From a virus (taxonomy: Duplodnaviria > Caudoviricetes): 35,555 bases of DNA. The stretch lies in IMG/VR virus record IMGVR_UViG_3300017766_001320, positions 1-35,555 of that record; one strand, 5' to 3'. Within the stretch, counting starts at the first letter, position 1. Each line of letters opens with the position of its first letter. Position numbers and translations under genes: made by a program. The notes beneath the pieces were generated by a model. That model saw only the letters and a list, made by a program, of their open reading frames with translations. It had not been told where the DNA came from and made no database searches. Of the stretch, positions 1-9,367 are shown one piece after another.

Positions 1-30
1 AAGATATTAGACTTTTATAACACCTGTTTT

Positions 31-474
31 TTGAAGCCTATCAATATCTTCAACAATTGGCGCGGCCGCAAGATAAAGATTAAGATTCATGATTATGATA
101 CATGGTCCATGGATTATACTCTTACTTTGATCATTCTTCCTATGCTTAAGCAATTGAAGGAAACTAAGCACGGTTCTCCTCACACTGATCCTGAGGATGT
201 ACCAGAACATCTGCGCCCCGATCCAAATCGTATTAAGATGAAAGAAAATGGTGAACTTCAGGAGTGGGAAGTTGATGACACAGTCCATGAACGATGGGAC
301 TGGATTCTTGATGAAATCATTTGGGTATTTGAAAAACTAAAAGACGATGATGCTGATCATGTATATGATTCTACTGGCGAAAAATTAGACATGATAGAAA
401 CAGAAAAACAAAGCAAAAGAATGAAGAATGCATTGACTCTTTTTGGCAAGTATTATAGGGCACTGTGGGACTAA
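31..474 (+). CDS. hypothetical phage protein
   Basis: 147-aa ORF, co-oriented with neighbours, TAATG coupling to next ORF. Confidence 0.75.
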   Translation: MKPINIFNNWRGRKIKIKIHDYDTWSMDYTLTLIILPMLKQLKETKHGSPHTDPEDVPEHLRPDPNRIKMKENGELQEWEVDDTVHERWDWILDEIIWVFEKLKDDDADHVYDSTGEKLDMIETEKQSKRMKNALTLFGKYYRALWD

Positions 475-758
475 TGAAAAGAAATATTACTTGCGCTACA
501 TGTAACAAAGAATATGCATCACTTTTTGAACCTGCGTTAGGACAAGCAATGAATTGTTCGGCATCTGTCTTTGCTGTGGATGAAGGGCGACTATTGATGG
601 GACATTATGGATCAAAACTTGTAGATGGATGTCTATATAAAGTATTGACGGACGAGTTAAAAACTGGTATAGTATGTGATGAATGTATTGGTAAATATCA
701 GGGCACAGATAAACTAGAATTGTTATCTGACAACAACTATTTTGGTGTACAGTTATAA
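474..758 (+). CDS. hypothetical Cys-rich protein (two CxxC)
   Basis: CATC and CDEC motifs; start moved to ATG 474, which overlaps the upstream TAA. Confidence 0.7.
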   Translation: MKRNITCATCNKEYASLFEPALGQAMNCSASVFAVDEGRLLMGHYGSKLVDGCLYKVLTDELKTGIVCDECIGKYQGTDKLELLSDNNYFGVQL

Positions 759-767
759 GGAGAATAT

Positions 768-980
768 ATGTATAGCATGAATTCTGAAAAGACAATGAAC
801 ATTCTAGAGACGCAGTTTAAGCAGCGTGCGTTTGATGGAAAGTGGGAACGCATAGTCAAGATTGTTGACTATGATAATAAGTACACTTATCAGTCTGAGA
901 CTGGGCAGCGCCACTCTTTGATTCCAACTCGTTGGATCACTGTTGGGGTTTATGATTATCTCATGGAGATTGAAGCATGA
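768..980 (+). CDS. hypothetical phage protein
   Basis: AAGGAG SD upstream; ATGA overlap with next ORF. Confidence 0.75.
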   Translation: MYSMNSEKTMNILETQFKQRAFDGKWERIVKIVDYDNKYTYQSETGQRHSLIPTRWITVGVYDYLMEIEA

Positions 981-1300
981 CTAATAAAGTTAAGTTAATT
1001 AAACTTATCAATGGAATGGATATTTTGGGAGAAGCAGGCAAGCATCAAAATGATGAATATGCTCATCTTTTGATTATTAGAAATCCTGTATCTATTATTG
1101 TTATGCCTAATAGAAACGATCCTAAGACACCCTCTGTAGGTTTTGCTCCTTTTAATCAATTTTCAGATGACAAAGAAGTTATCTTTGATACGCAGCATGT
1201 TCTTTGTATAATGAATCCAATAACGGAATTCATTAATCAGTATAATTCAATGTTCTCTGGTCTTGTTCTTCCAGACAAGCCTTCCATCATCGTTCCTTAA
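977..1300 (+). CDS. conserved T4-like phage small protein, probable Sm-like fold
   Basis: N-terminal VKLIKLINGMDILGE pattern recalled from small proteins upstream of gp43 in T4-like phages. Confidence 0.65.
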   Translation: MTNKVKLIKLINGMDILGEAGKHQNDEYAHLLIIRNPVSIIVMPNRNDPKTPSVGFAPFNQFSDDKEVIFDTQHVLCIMNPITEFINQYNSMFSGLVLPDKPSIIVP

Positions 1301-1447
1301 TGGAAGAAATTTTAAAGTTATTTAAAGAAACAAGAAAGTGGCGGCCTCGAGGCCGCCGCTTGTGCTATTAGAGAATGCGCTTTACTTGACGCATTGACTG
1401 TGTTAGGATTGACTGTTGAACAAAGAAGAAAATTGGAAAAAATATGA
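1300..1447 (+). pseudogene. small ORF broken by a single-base frameshift
   Basis: TAATG overlap at start, ATGA overlap with gp43 at end; 148 nt = 49 codons + 1. Confidence 0.5.
1381..1409 (+). promoter_or_regulatory. sigma70-like promoter upstream of gp43
   Basis: TTTACT-N17-TAGGAT with TG extension. Confidence 0.45.
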
Positions 1448-3993
1448 AAAATTTTTATACGAATGTCCAAGTGTATGGCTCAAAAATTCTTTATCGCGGT
1501 ATAGATAATGGTAGGCGCGTAAGACTAAAATTAGATTATAATCCAACTCTATATGTTCCTTCGCAAAAGCCTAGCGGATTCAAAACAATTTCGGGCGATT
1601 ATGTTCAAGAGATAAAACCAGGAAATATACGCGAGTGTCGTGATTTTGTCAAGCAATACGAGGGCGTTGACAATTTCAAAATCTATGGAATGCAACGTTA
1701 CGAATATGCTTATATCTCGGACGTATTTGAAAACGATATAGATTGGGATATTGATCATATTAATATCTGCAATATAGACATTGAGGTAGGTTCAGAGAAT
1801 GGATTTCCTGAGCCTGCTGATGCACGCGAACCAATCACTGCTATTACTATGAAGAATAGTAATGGTAAGTTTGTTGTGTTTGGTTGTGGCAATTTCAATA
1901 ATACACGCGATGATGTTCAATACTTTAAATGCCGCGATGAAATTGATTTAATCAAGCGATTTATTGATGAATGGACTGGTGACTATCCAGATATCATTAC
2001 TGGTTGGAACGTTGTACAGTTTGATATTCCCTACATTGTTAATCGTATAACGAAGTTGCTTGGCGAACAAGAGGCAAAGCGCCTTAGTCCATGGAATTTT
2101 ATCTCGGCCCGCCAAGTACATGTCAGCGTAACAAAGACATATACCGCATATGAATTGAGCGGCATCGCAACTCTAGATTATATTGATATGTACAAGAAAT
2201 ATGCTCCTGAAGGTAAGTCTCAGGAATCATATAAACTTGATAACATTGCTCATGTTGAATTGGGTGAGCGCAAACTTTCATATGACGAATACGGAAGTTT
2301 GCATACCTTGTATCGCGATAATTTTCAAAAGTTTATGGAATATAACATTCGTGACGTTGAACTTGTTGAGAAATTAGATGATAAGTTAAAACTGATTGAA
2401 CTTGCACTTACTCTTGCATATGATTCTAAGACAAATTATAGTGATGTGTTTACACAGGTTCGCATGTGGGATGTCCTCATTTATAATAACTTAAAACAAC
2501 AAAACATTGTTATTCCTCCTACAATATCGCACAGCAAAGATTCTGCGTACATTGGTGCATATGTAAAAGAACCAAAGCCAGGAATGTACAACTGGATTGC
2601 GTCTTTTGACTTAAACTCTCTGTATCCTCATTTGATAATACAATACAATATAAGTCCAGAAACGTTTATAAATCCTGAATCATGGAAAGAGCAGCATTTC
2701 GCAGTTCGTAAACAAGGTATTGGTGTTGATAGTCTGTTGTTTAAACAGATTGATACCTCTTCATTAAAGAAAGTTAATTCAACTGTTACTCCTAATGGAC
2801 ATTTTTTCTCTACAGAAAAACAAGGCTTTTTGCCAAAGATGATGGAAACAATGTATAATGATAGATCGGTATATAAAGATAAAGCAATTGAAGCAAAGAA
2901 AGAATTGGAGCAAGTAAGTGATCCAAATGAAAGATATGAAATTGAAAAAAGAATTGCAAGATATAACAACTTACAATTAGCAAAGAAAGTGTGTCTAAAT
3001 TCAGCATATGGTGCTCTAGGTAATGAATTTTTTAGATTTTTTGATATTCGTCAAGCAACTGCTATCACAACCAGCGGCCAGTTGTCAATTCGCTGGATTG
3101 AAAAAAAACTAAACGAATATATGAACAAAATTCTAAAAACTGAGGATAAAGATTATGTCATTGCATCTGATACGGATTCAATTTATCTTTCTCTTGATGA
3201 ATTGGTCAGTGAGACTTATATTAAAGAGAATCCGTCTTACACAACAGCAGGCGTTATATCCTTCATGGATAAAATTTGCAAAATTAAAATTCAATCGTTT
3301 ATTGACAAAAGTTATTCAGAACTTGCTGAATATACTAATGCCTTCGCACAAAAAATGATTATGAAGCGTGAAGCCCTATCTGATAAAGGTATTTGGACAG
3401 CAAAGAAGCGTTATATTCTTCGCGTTCATAACAATGAAGGTGTGCAATATAAAGAACCCAAGATTAAAGTAATGGGGCTTGAAATGATCAAGTCTTCAAC
3501 TCCGACTGCGTGTCGCATAAAACTTAAAGAGTCTATTGATGTTATATTCAATGGAACAGAAAATGATGTTATTGACTTCATTGACGCATTTCGGGAAGAG
3601 TTTAAAACATTACCTATCATGGACATTGCCTTTCCTCGCGGTGTAAATGGTCTAGATAAGTATAAAGGTGCTGGTAATAAAATATATGGTGAAAAGACGC
3701 CTATCCATGTTCGCGGATCGTTGATCTATAATCATCTTTTACAAAAGCACAATCTCACTAAGAAATACGAACTAATCAAGGAAGGTGAGAAGATTAAGTA
3801 TATATATTTGAAAGAGCCTAACACTATTCAAAGTGATATCATTTCCTTTCCTATTTCTATACCAGAAGAGTTTGACATTGCGAAGTATATAGTCTATAAT
3901 ACTCAATATGAAAAGACTTTTGTTGAACCACTAAAACTTATATTGAATAGTATTGGTTGGAAGACGGAGCATGTAAATACTCTATTTGGATAG
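1444..3993 (+). CDS. 43: family B DNA polymerase (T4 gp43-like)
   Basis: ExoI DIE, SFDLNSLYPH, KVCLNSAYG, SDTDS motifs; 849 aa. Confidence 0.98.
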   Translation: MKNFYTNVQVYGSKILYRGIDNGRRVRLKLDYNPTLYVPSQKPSGFKTISGDYVQEIKPGNIRECRDFVKQYEGVDNFKIYGMQRYEYAYISDVFENDIDWDIDHINICNIDIEVGSENGFPEPADAREPITAITMKNSNGKFVVFGCGNFNNTRDDVQYFKCRDEIDLIKRFIDEWTGDYPDIITGWNVVQFDIPYIVNRITKLLGEQEAKRLSPWNFISARQVHVSVTKTYTAYELSGIATLDYIDMYKKYAPEGKSQESYKLDNIAHVELGERKLSYDEYGSLHTLYRDNFQKFMEYNIRDVELVEKLDDKLKLIELALTLAYDSKTNYSDVFTQVRMWDVLIYNNLKQQNIVIPPTISHSKDSAYIGAYVKEPKPGMYNWIASFDLNSLYPHLIIQYNISPETFINPESWKEQHFAVRKQGIGVDSLLFKQIDTSSLKKVNSTVTPNGHFFSTEKQGFLPKMMETMYNDRSVYKDKAIEAKKELEQVSDPNERYEIEKRIARYNNLQLAKKVCLNSAYGALGNEFFRFFDIRQATAITTSGQLSIRWIEKKLNEYMNKILKTEDKDYVIASDTDSIYLSLDELVSETYIKENPSYTTAGVISFMDKICKIKIQSFIDKSYSELAEYTNAFAQKMIMKREALSDKGIWTAKKRYILRVHNNEGVQYKEPKIKVMGLEMIKSSTPTACRIKLKESIDVIFNGTENDVIDFIDAFREEFKTLPIMDIAFPRGVNGLDKYKGAGNKIYGEKTPIHVRGSLIYNHLLQKHNLTKKYELIKEGEKIKYIYLKEPNTIQSDIISFPISIPEEFDIAKYIVYNTQYEKTFVEPLKLILNSIGWKTEHVNTLFG
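3872..3900 (+). promoter_or_regulatory. consensus sigma70 promoter embedded in 3' end of gp43
   Basis: TTGACA-N17-TATAAT exact. Confidence 0.75.
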
Positions 3994-4001
3994 GAGTCAT
4001 T

Positions 4002-4328
4002 ATGACTAAATATGCAGAAAGACCTTGGGGAACATGGGAAGTAATTGATGAAGGTCCATGGTATAAAGTAAAGAGACTGATCGTTGAACCTAATAAATCA
4101 ATCTCTATGCAATATCATAATCATCGTAGCGAAACATGGGCAATTACTCAAGGTCTTGGTGAAGTGATACTTGATGAAAAAAAGTTTAAGGTCAAACGTG
4201 GTGATACCTTTGTAGTGCCAATTAAGGCAATACATAAAATCACTAACACATCAAACATTCAACTAATCATAATAGAAGTCCAGTGCGGCACAGTGTGCGA
4301 AGAGGACGACATTGTAAGGTTGGGTTAA
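4002..4328 (+). CDS. cupin protein, mannose-6-phosphate isomerase type II C-terminal-like
   Basis: RPWG, SMQYHNHRSETW, IEVQ, EEDDIVRL; AGGAG SD before ATG 4002. Confidence 0.9.
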   Translation: MTKYAERPWGTWEVIDEGPWYKVKRLIVEPNKSISMQYHNHRSETWAITQGLGEVILDEKKFKVKRGDTFVVPIKAIHKITNTSNIQLIIIEVQCGTVCEEDDIVRLG

Positions 4329-4343
4329 TAAGGAGAAACTTAT

Positions 4344-5384
4344 ATGGATATTTTTTCAACTCTAATTAAAGAGACAGGTAATGAGTATGCTTCAATTGCG
4401 GAAGATGGTATTGAATCTGGTGACGTTACTGGGCTTATCAATACCGGTAGTTATTCTCTTAATGCTCTTCTTTCTGGATCGCTTTATGGCGGTATTCCTG
4501 CCAATAAAGTAACAGCGTTTGCTGGTGAACCATCAACTGGTAAGACATTTTATGCAATCAATATTTGTCGCCAGTTTCTAAAAGATAATCCTGAGGGATT
4601 TGTATTCTACTTTGAATCTGAGTCTGCAATATCTAAGTCTATGTTAGCAGATCGTGGTATTGATACTCGTCGTATTGCCATCATGCCAGTTGCAACTATT
4701 CAAGAATTTCGCACACAGGCTGTAAAAATACTTGATAAGTATATGGAACAGAAAGAGCGTAAGCCTATGATTTTTGTTCTAGACTCACTCGGTAATCTTT
4801 CAACTGAAAAAGAAATGCAAGACATTGCAGACGGTAAGGATACGCGAGATATGACACGCGCACAACTTATTCGTGGCGCATTTCGCGTTCTCACCCTAAA
4901 ACTAGGTAAGGCTAAGGTTGCTCTGATTGTAACTAATCACGTTTACGATCAAGTTGGTGCATATGTTCCTACCAAGAAAATGGGCGGTGGTTCTGGATTA
5001 GAATATGCGGCTTCTACAATTATCTTCCTTTCAAAGAAAAAGGATAAGATGTTAGATGATGATGATGGACGCACCGGCGCAGTCATTACTGCACATACCA
5101 AGAAAGCAAGATTAACTATTGAAGACAAGAAAGTTGAAACTTGGCTAAACTATGCTACTGGTCTTGATCCATATTATGGCATTCTTGATCTTGCAGAACA
5201 GTTTGGTATCGTTAAAAAGGTTTCTACCAAGTATGAATTTCCTGATGGTAGTAAGCAGTTTGAATCCACAATCAAAAAGAATCCTGAGAAATTTTTCACT
5301 AAAGAAATTCTAGACAGAATTGATGACGGATGTAAGAGTGAATTTATTTATGGTGCAGAAATACAGAAGGAAGATGAACAATGA
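4344..5384 (+). CDS. uvsX: UvsX RecA-like recombinase
   Basis: Walker A GEPSTGKT, FVLDSLG, DMTRA, MGGGSG; T4-like synteny. Confidence 0.96.
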   Translation: MDIFSTLIKETGNEYASIAEDGIESGDVTGLINTGSYSLNALLSGSLYGGIPANKVTAFAGEPSTGKTFYAINICRQFLKDNPEGFVFYFESESAISKSMLADRGIDTRRIAIMPVATIQEFRTQAVKILDKYMEQKERKPMIFVLDSLGNLSTEKEMQDIADGKDTRDMTRAQLIRGAFRVLTLKLGKAKVALIVTNHVYDQVGAYVPTKKMGGGSGLEYAASTIIFLSKKKDKMLDDDDGRTGAVITAHTKKARLTIEDKKVETWLNYATGLDPYYGILDLAEQFGIVKKVSTKYEFPDGSKQFESTIKKNPEKFFTKEILDRIDDGCKSEFIYGAEIQKEDEQ

Positions 5385-5728
5385 TTGGAGTTAATGATTT
5401 TAGATTTAGAGATGACCTAACAAAGCCAGAATCTGGTGACACTGTTGCAATAGAAATATTGACAGGACCTTATAAGAATGTTATATTTCGTTATGTTAGA
5501 GTTTCTGTGCGCGAAAAAGAAGAAAACGAGGCAGTTCTTCAATATCAATATGAATTGATTGAAATGGGTAATCACACAGAGACACAATTGCGCAAAGATA
5601 CCAGATTCTCACAACATCTAGGCATTTTACTTAATCATTTAATACTTGAATCATTGGAGACACAACAGTATGCAAATAGAGAAAATGATTCTGAAAAATT
5701 TAATGAGGAACGAAACCTATCTTCGTAA
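5381..5728 (+). CDS. 40: probable gp40 head vertex assembly chaperone
   Basis: Position between uvsX and 41, size, IEILTGPYKNVIFRY pattern. Confidence 0.7.
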   Translation: MIGVNDFRFRDDLTKPESGDTVAIEILTGPYKNVIFRYVRVSVREKEENEAVLQYQYELIEMGNHTETQLRKDTRFSQHLGILLNHLILESLETQQYANRENDSEKFNEERNLSS

Positions 5729-7052
5729 AGTTCTTCCATTCATCAAGAATGAGTATTTCACTATTGCAGAAGATCGTGTATTATTCAAAGAGATAAATGA
5801 CTTTGTTCTAAAATATAACAATCTACCTACATCAGATGCTTTAATAATTGAAGTTGATAATCTCGGTTCTCTCACTGAAGAACAAGCAAAATCAATTATC
5901 AAGACAATTGAGGAATTGAACACTGATAAGATTGATACTAACTTAGACTGGCTGGTAGATAATACCGAAAAGTTCTGTCAGGAAAAAGCAATCTATCATG
6001 CAATCAGTACTTCAATTGAAATCATGAATAACAAGAATGGCTCTCTCACAAAGGGAGCCATTCCACAACTTCTTTCAGATGCGCTTGCAATATCTTTTGA
6101 TCCTAATGTTGGTCATGACTATCTTGAAGAGTTTAATGAAAGGTATGAGTACTATCATAGAGTTGAAGAAAAAATTCCATTTGATCTAGAATTTTTCAAT
6201 AAGATTACTAAGAATGGACTGCCAAAGAAAACTTTAAACGTTGCTCTCGCAGGTACTGGTGTGGGCAAATCTTTGTTCATGTGTCATGTCGCAGCATCTT
6301 GTCTAAACATTGGCAAGAATGTTCTGTATATCACTTTAGAATTGGCCGAAGAAGAAGTTGCAAAACGCATTGACGCCAATTTAATGAACATTACGTTTGA
6401 AGATTTGCTTGCTCTTCCAAAGGAACTTTATGAACAGAAGGCCAATCGTCTAAAGAAAAAGACAGACGGTAAACTTATCATTAAAGAATATCCAACTGCT
6501 GGTGCTTCAACGATCCACTTCAAGTCATTACTGAACGAATTGAATTTGAAGAAGTCATTCAAGCCAGATATTATCTTTATTGACTATCTGAATATCTGTA
6601 TGTCCGCACGCATCAAACCAGGAGGTGGTGTTAACTCTTACACTTATGTCAAGAGTATTGCAGAAGAACTTCGTGGAATGGCAGTTGAATATAACATTCC
6701 ACTTGTTACAGCAACACAGACAACGAGACAAGGTTATTCATCTTCTGATATTGAACTAACAGATACTTCTGAATCATTTGGTCTTCCTGCAACAGCCGAT
6801 TTTATGTTTGCACTCCAGACAAATGAAAATCTGGAAGCCTTGGGACAGATTATTGTCAAACAACTAAAGAACAGATATAACGATCCTACAGTCAATAAAA
6901 GATTTGCAATAGGTATTGACAGATCAAAGATGAAATTGTATGATGTTGAACAATCAGCACAAGTAGATATTAGCGATTCTGGACAAGACGAACCTGTATT
7001 TGATAAGTCGGAAACAAATACCAGAGATAAATTTAGAAGATTGAAGGTTTGA
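5670..7052 (+). CDS. 41: DnaB-like replicative helicase (T4 gp41)
   Basis: AGTGVGKS, IFIDYLNI, TSESFGLP, KQLKNRY; GGAG SD before ATG 5670. Confidence 0.97.
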   Translation: MQIEKMILKNLMRNETYLRKVLPFIKNEYFTIAEDRVLFKEINDFVLKYNNLPTSDALIIEVDNLGSLTEEQAKSIIKTIEELNTDKIDTNLDWLVDNTEKFCQEKAIYHAISTSIEIMNNKNGSLTKGAIPQLLSDALAISFDPNVGHDYLEEFNERYEYYHRVEEKIPFDLEFFNKITKNGLPKKTLNVALAGTGVGKSLFMCHVAASCLNIGKNVLYITLELAEEEVAKRIDANLMNITFEDLLALPKELYEQKANRLKKKTDGKLIIKEYPTAGASTIHFKSLLNELNLKKSFKPDIIFIDYLNICMSARIKPGGGVNSYTYVKSIAEELRGMAVEYNIPLVTATQTTRQGYSSSDIELTDTSESFGLPATADFMFALQTNENLEALGQIIVKQLKNRYNDPTVNKRFAIGIDRSKMKLYDVEQSAQVDISDSGQDEPVFDKSETNTRDKFRRLKV

Positions 7053-7053
7053 T

Positions 7054-7464
7054 ATGATTGATTCCTTTGAAAAGCAATTAGAAGCAAAAAAATTTGAAAT
7101 GGCTTCCGATAGAGTAAAGTTTTGTTTGGACTATCTTAAAGAACGCGGATACTTTGTTGTGAAAGAAAAAAATGAAAAGCCTGAAATGAAAAATCCTTTC
7201 ACTTCTTTTGATCAAAATAGTATTACAACATATAGAGCACATTTGGACGATAATCTTATAGCCGCCAGATTTACTGTGAGTAAACAAGAACTTGATCATG
7301 TAAAGAATGTTTCTTATATTAAACAATATGTAGAAGAAAGTCTAGCGCAAGGAATAGCATCAGAGGTCGTAAAAAAATTTACCAAAGATATAGTTCGTGA
7401 AGAAGATTGTTTCCGTAACTGTTGCACATATACACTACAACTTAGAATCAGGAGCAACAAGTAA
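7054..7464 (+). CDS. hypothetical protein
   Basis: 136-aa ORF tightly packed after 41. Confidence 0.7.
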   Translation: MIDSFEKQLEAKKFEMASDRVKFCLDYLKERGYFVVKEKNEKPEMKNPFTSFDQNSITTYRAHLDDNLIAARFTVSKQELDHVKNVSYIKQYVEESLAQGIASEVVKKFTKDIVREEDCFRNCCTYTLQLRIRSNK

Positions 7465-7700
7465 TGAAAAAATACAGTGTTGAAGCGACACACATTGCAG
7501 ATGACTATTTCTGGAATGTGTATGAAAAGCAATCAAATCAGGTTATTCGGACATTTTATTTTGAGGATGATGCCAAGGAAACCGCGAAGTTCATGGAGAA
7601 GGGCGGGGCTTTTGACGGCTTTACCCCAGCCTTTATGCTTATTTCGGTTACACTTCCTGGAGAAGACATAAACCAGCGTTTCCGGCGCATATTTTCATGA
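7464..7700 (+). CDS. hypothetical phage protein
   Basis: AGGAG SD, TAATG coupling. Confidence 0.75.
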   Translation: MKKYSVEATHIADDYFWNVYEKQSNQVIRTFYFEDDAKETAKFMEKGGAFDGFTPAFMLISVTLPGEDINQRFRRIFS

Positions 7701-7701
7701 T

Positions 7702-7759
7702 GGCTAAGTGACTGATTTCGTTTAGATTCCAGAAGTCTAGCAAAATCAGTCACTTAGCC
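7702..7759. repeat. inverted repeat with 17-bp perfect arms
   Basis: GGCTAAGTGACTGATTT (7702-7718) / AAATCAGTCACTTAGCC (7743-7759). Confidence 0.9.
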
Positions 7760-7760
7760 C

Positions 7761-7805
7761 TGCGACATCCTGTCGCATTTACTTCTTCCAGCATCCTGCT
7801 ATAAT
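7761..7805 (+). promoter_or_regulatory. early promoter with upstream palindrome
   Basis: TGCGACA-N3-TGTCGCA, then TTTACT-N16-TATAAT with TG extension. Confidence 0.7.
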
Positions 7806-7832
7806 GCTTACATGATGAAAAAGGAGGTTAGC

Positions 7833-7982
7833 ATGTGGTACGTTGATGTCATCCGCGACGGAGAATATATTCACTGTTCCACCCACGATAATCGTGAGGA
7901 CGCGGTCGGTGCATATAATGACTTCCGCCGCACATACGGTGATGAATATATCGTTACCATATATTCGTATGATGAGGAATAA
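7833..7982 (+). CDS. 49-aa acidic early protein (MWYVDVIRDGEY...)
   Basis: AAGGAGGT SD, first ORF after promoter; not in ORF track. Confidence 0.75.
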   Translation: MWYVDVIRDGEYIHCSTHDNREDAVGAYNDFRRTYGDEYIVTIYSYDEE

Positions 7983-7983
7983 A

Positions 7984-8079
7984 ATGCTCACAACCAAAGA
8001 TGTGGAAGCAATGGCCTTTCGTCTGGTCATTCTGATCCTTACCCTGTCTGTAATCTTCATCGCTGCAATGGAAGGCTAA
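7984..8079 (+). CDS. 31-aa single-TM protein
   Basis: GAGGA SD; hydrophobic LVILILTLSVIFIAA. Confidence 0.6.
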   Translation: MLTTKDVEAMAFRLVILILTLSVIFIAAMEG

Positions 8080-8081
8080 TC

Positions 8082-8492
8082 ATGGCTTATATGAACCAAG
8101 AGCGTAAGGCAAAGCTTGCTCCCGCAATCAAGAGTATCCTTAAGCGTTACGGCGTCAAAGGTACCATTGCCGTCAGGAATCATATGACGCTGGTCCTCAA
8201 TATCAAGTCTGGTTCGCTGGACTTTATTAAGGACTATAACGAAACTGTCGGCAGTCAGCCTGGCGGCTTTCGGCTCGGTTCGCCTGCAACGACCTCGCTT
8301 GATATCAACCCATATTGGTACAAGGAACATTTCAGCAATAAGGTCATTCGGAAGTTTCTGGATGAAATCCTTGCTGCGATGAATGTCGGCAATCATGACA
8401 ATTCGGATTCCCAGACGGATTACTTTGACGTTGGTTGGTATGTTGACGTTAACGTAGGCAACTGGAACAAGCCTTACATTCTGGAGAAGTAA
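8082..8492 (+). CDS. conserved phage early hypothetical protein
   Basis: C-terminal DNSDSQTDYFDVGWY motif recalled from many phage early proteins. Confidence 0.8.
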   Translation: MAYMNQERKAKLAPAIKSILKRYGVKGTIAVRNHMTLVLNIKSGSLDFIKDYNETVGSQPGGFRLGSPATTSLDINPYWYKEHFSNKVIRKFLDEILAAMNVGNHDNSDSQTDYFDVGWYVDVNVGNWNKPYILEK

Positions 8493-8493
8493 A

Positions 8494-8730
8494 ATGGATC
8501 GTTATGATGTTATGCGGCTGATTGAGGAAGATGTCCACGCCGATATCTACGGCGACCTTTATGGGCATGGTCGGGTAGCCGAATTGGTCGTGTCTTATAT
8601 TGAAGGACTTCAAGCTAAGATCAAGGAGCTTGAAACGAAGCTGGATAAGAAATCTTGGGAAGGCTATGTTGATCGGCAGGGTGGTAGTTTTACCGATCAG
8701 GAAATGCTAGATCGAAACACTTGGAGATAA
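8494..8730 (+). CDS. hypothetical protein
   Basis: GGAG SD; DRQGGSFT motif. Confidence 0.75.
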   Translation: MDRYDVMRLIEEDVHADIYGDLYGHGRVAELVVSYIEGLQAKIKELETKLDKKSWEGYVDRQGGSFTDQEMLDRNTWR

Positions 8731-8954
8731 TGATGAACACTATGGTTACTCTTACCCGTCGTTCACCTTTCTCTGGTAATGTCAATACCATGACATTTAA
8801 TGTATCTGAGGAAGAGTTTGACAAACGATATGAAATGTGGCAGAATGGTACTCTAATTCAGAATGCATTCCCAATGTTGAATGCGGATGAACGGGAGTTT
8901 ATCATGACTGGCATCACTTCCCAAGAATGGGACGAAACTTTTGGAGATGAATGA
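8730..8954 (+). CDS. hypothetical phage protein
   Basis: IQNAFPMLNADEREFIMTGIT pattern; GGAG SD. Confidence 0.8.
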   Translation: MMNTMVTLTRRSPFSGNVNTMTFNVSEEEFDKRYEMWQNGTLIQNAFPMLNADEREFIMTGITSQEWDETFGDE

Positions 8955-9274
8955 TGACTTTCTATACGTTTAATCAGAATAACTCCGGTGGTCACTTTGA
9001 CGTTGACGAAAACGTTTGTCACCGCGTTATTATTGAAGCACTGAATGTTGAACACGCCATCGCAAGAGCCGAAAATATTGGCATCTACTTTGACGGTGTT
9101 GAGAAGGGAATTGATTGCCCATGCTGCGGTGATCGCTGGTGTGAGCCTTGGGACAACGAAGGTACTGATACACCTATGATCTATGGTGAACCAGCATCGG
9201 AGTATTATAAGTCTAGCTGGACGATTCCTTCAGTAATTATCCATTATGCAGACGGACGAAAAGAATCTTTCTAA
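8951..9274 (+). CDS. hypothetical phage protein
   Basis: FNQNNSGG and DCPCCGDRW motifs. Confidence 0.8.
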   Translation: MMTFYTFNQNNSGGHFDVDENVCHRVIIEALNVEHAIARAENIGIYFDGVEKGIDCPCCGDRWCEPWDNEGTDTPMIYGEPASEYYKSSWTIPSVIIHYADGRKESF

Positions 9275-9277
9275 GTC

Positions 9278-9306
9278 TTGACATTTTGATCTAAATAGAC
9301 TAATAT
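9278..9306 (+). promoter_or_regulatory. sigma70-like promoter at start of tRNA region
   Basis: TTGACA-N17-TAATAT. Confidence 0.65.
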
Positions 9307-9316
9307 ATAACAATAT

Positions 9317-9331
9317 CCGTGCGTAGCCGAG
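9317..9331 (+). pseudogene. 5' fragment of a tRNA gene
   Basis: CCGTGCG-TAGCCGAG resembles the 5' end of tRNA-Pro at 13084 (CCGTGTG-TAGCGCAG). Confidence 0.4.
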
Positions 9332-9367
9332 GGGAGTTCCTGCATAAATACAAGAAAGGAACTTCCT
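9331..9367 (+). promoter_or_regulatory. RBS-sequestering hairpin with late-promoter-like CATAAATA in the loop
   Basis: GGGGAGTTCCT / AGGAACTTCCT 11-bp stem covering the AAGGA SD. Confidence 0.75.

Noticed and set aside
1549-3626. Minus-strand and alternate-frame ORFs inside gp43 and other long genes
   Set aside because: Shadow ORFs with no motifs or SDs.
7843-7983. 5' part of track ORF 7843..8079
   Set aside because: Better explained by 7833..7982 with a strong SD and a separate 7984..8079.
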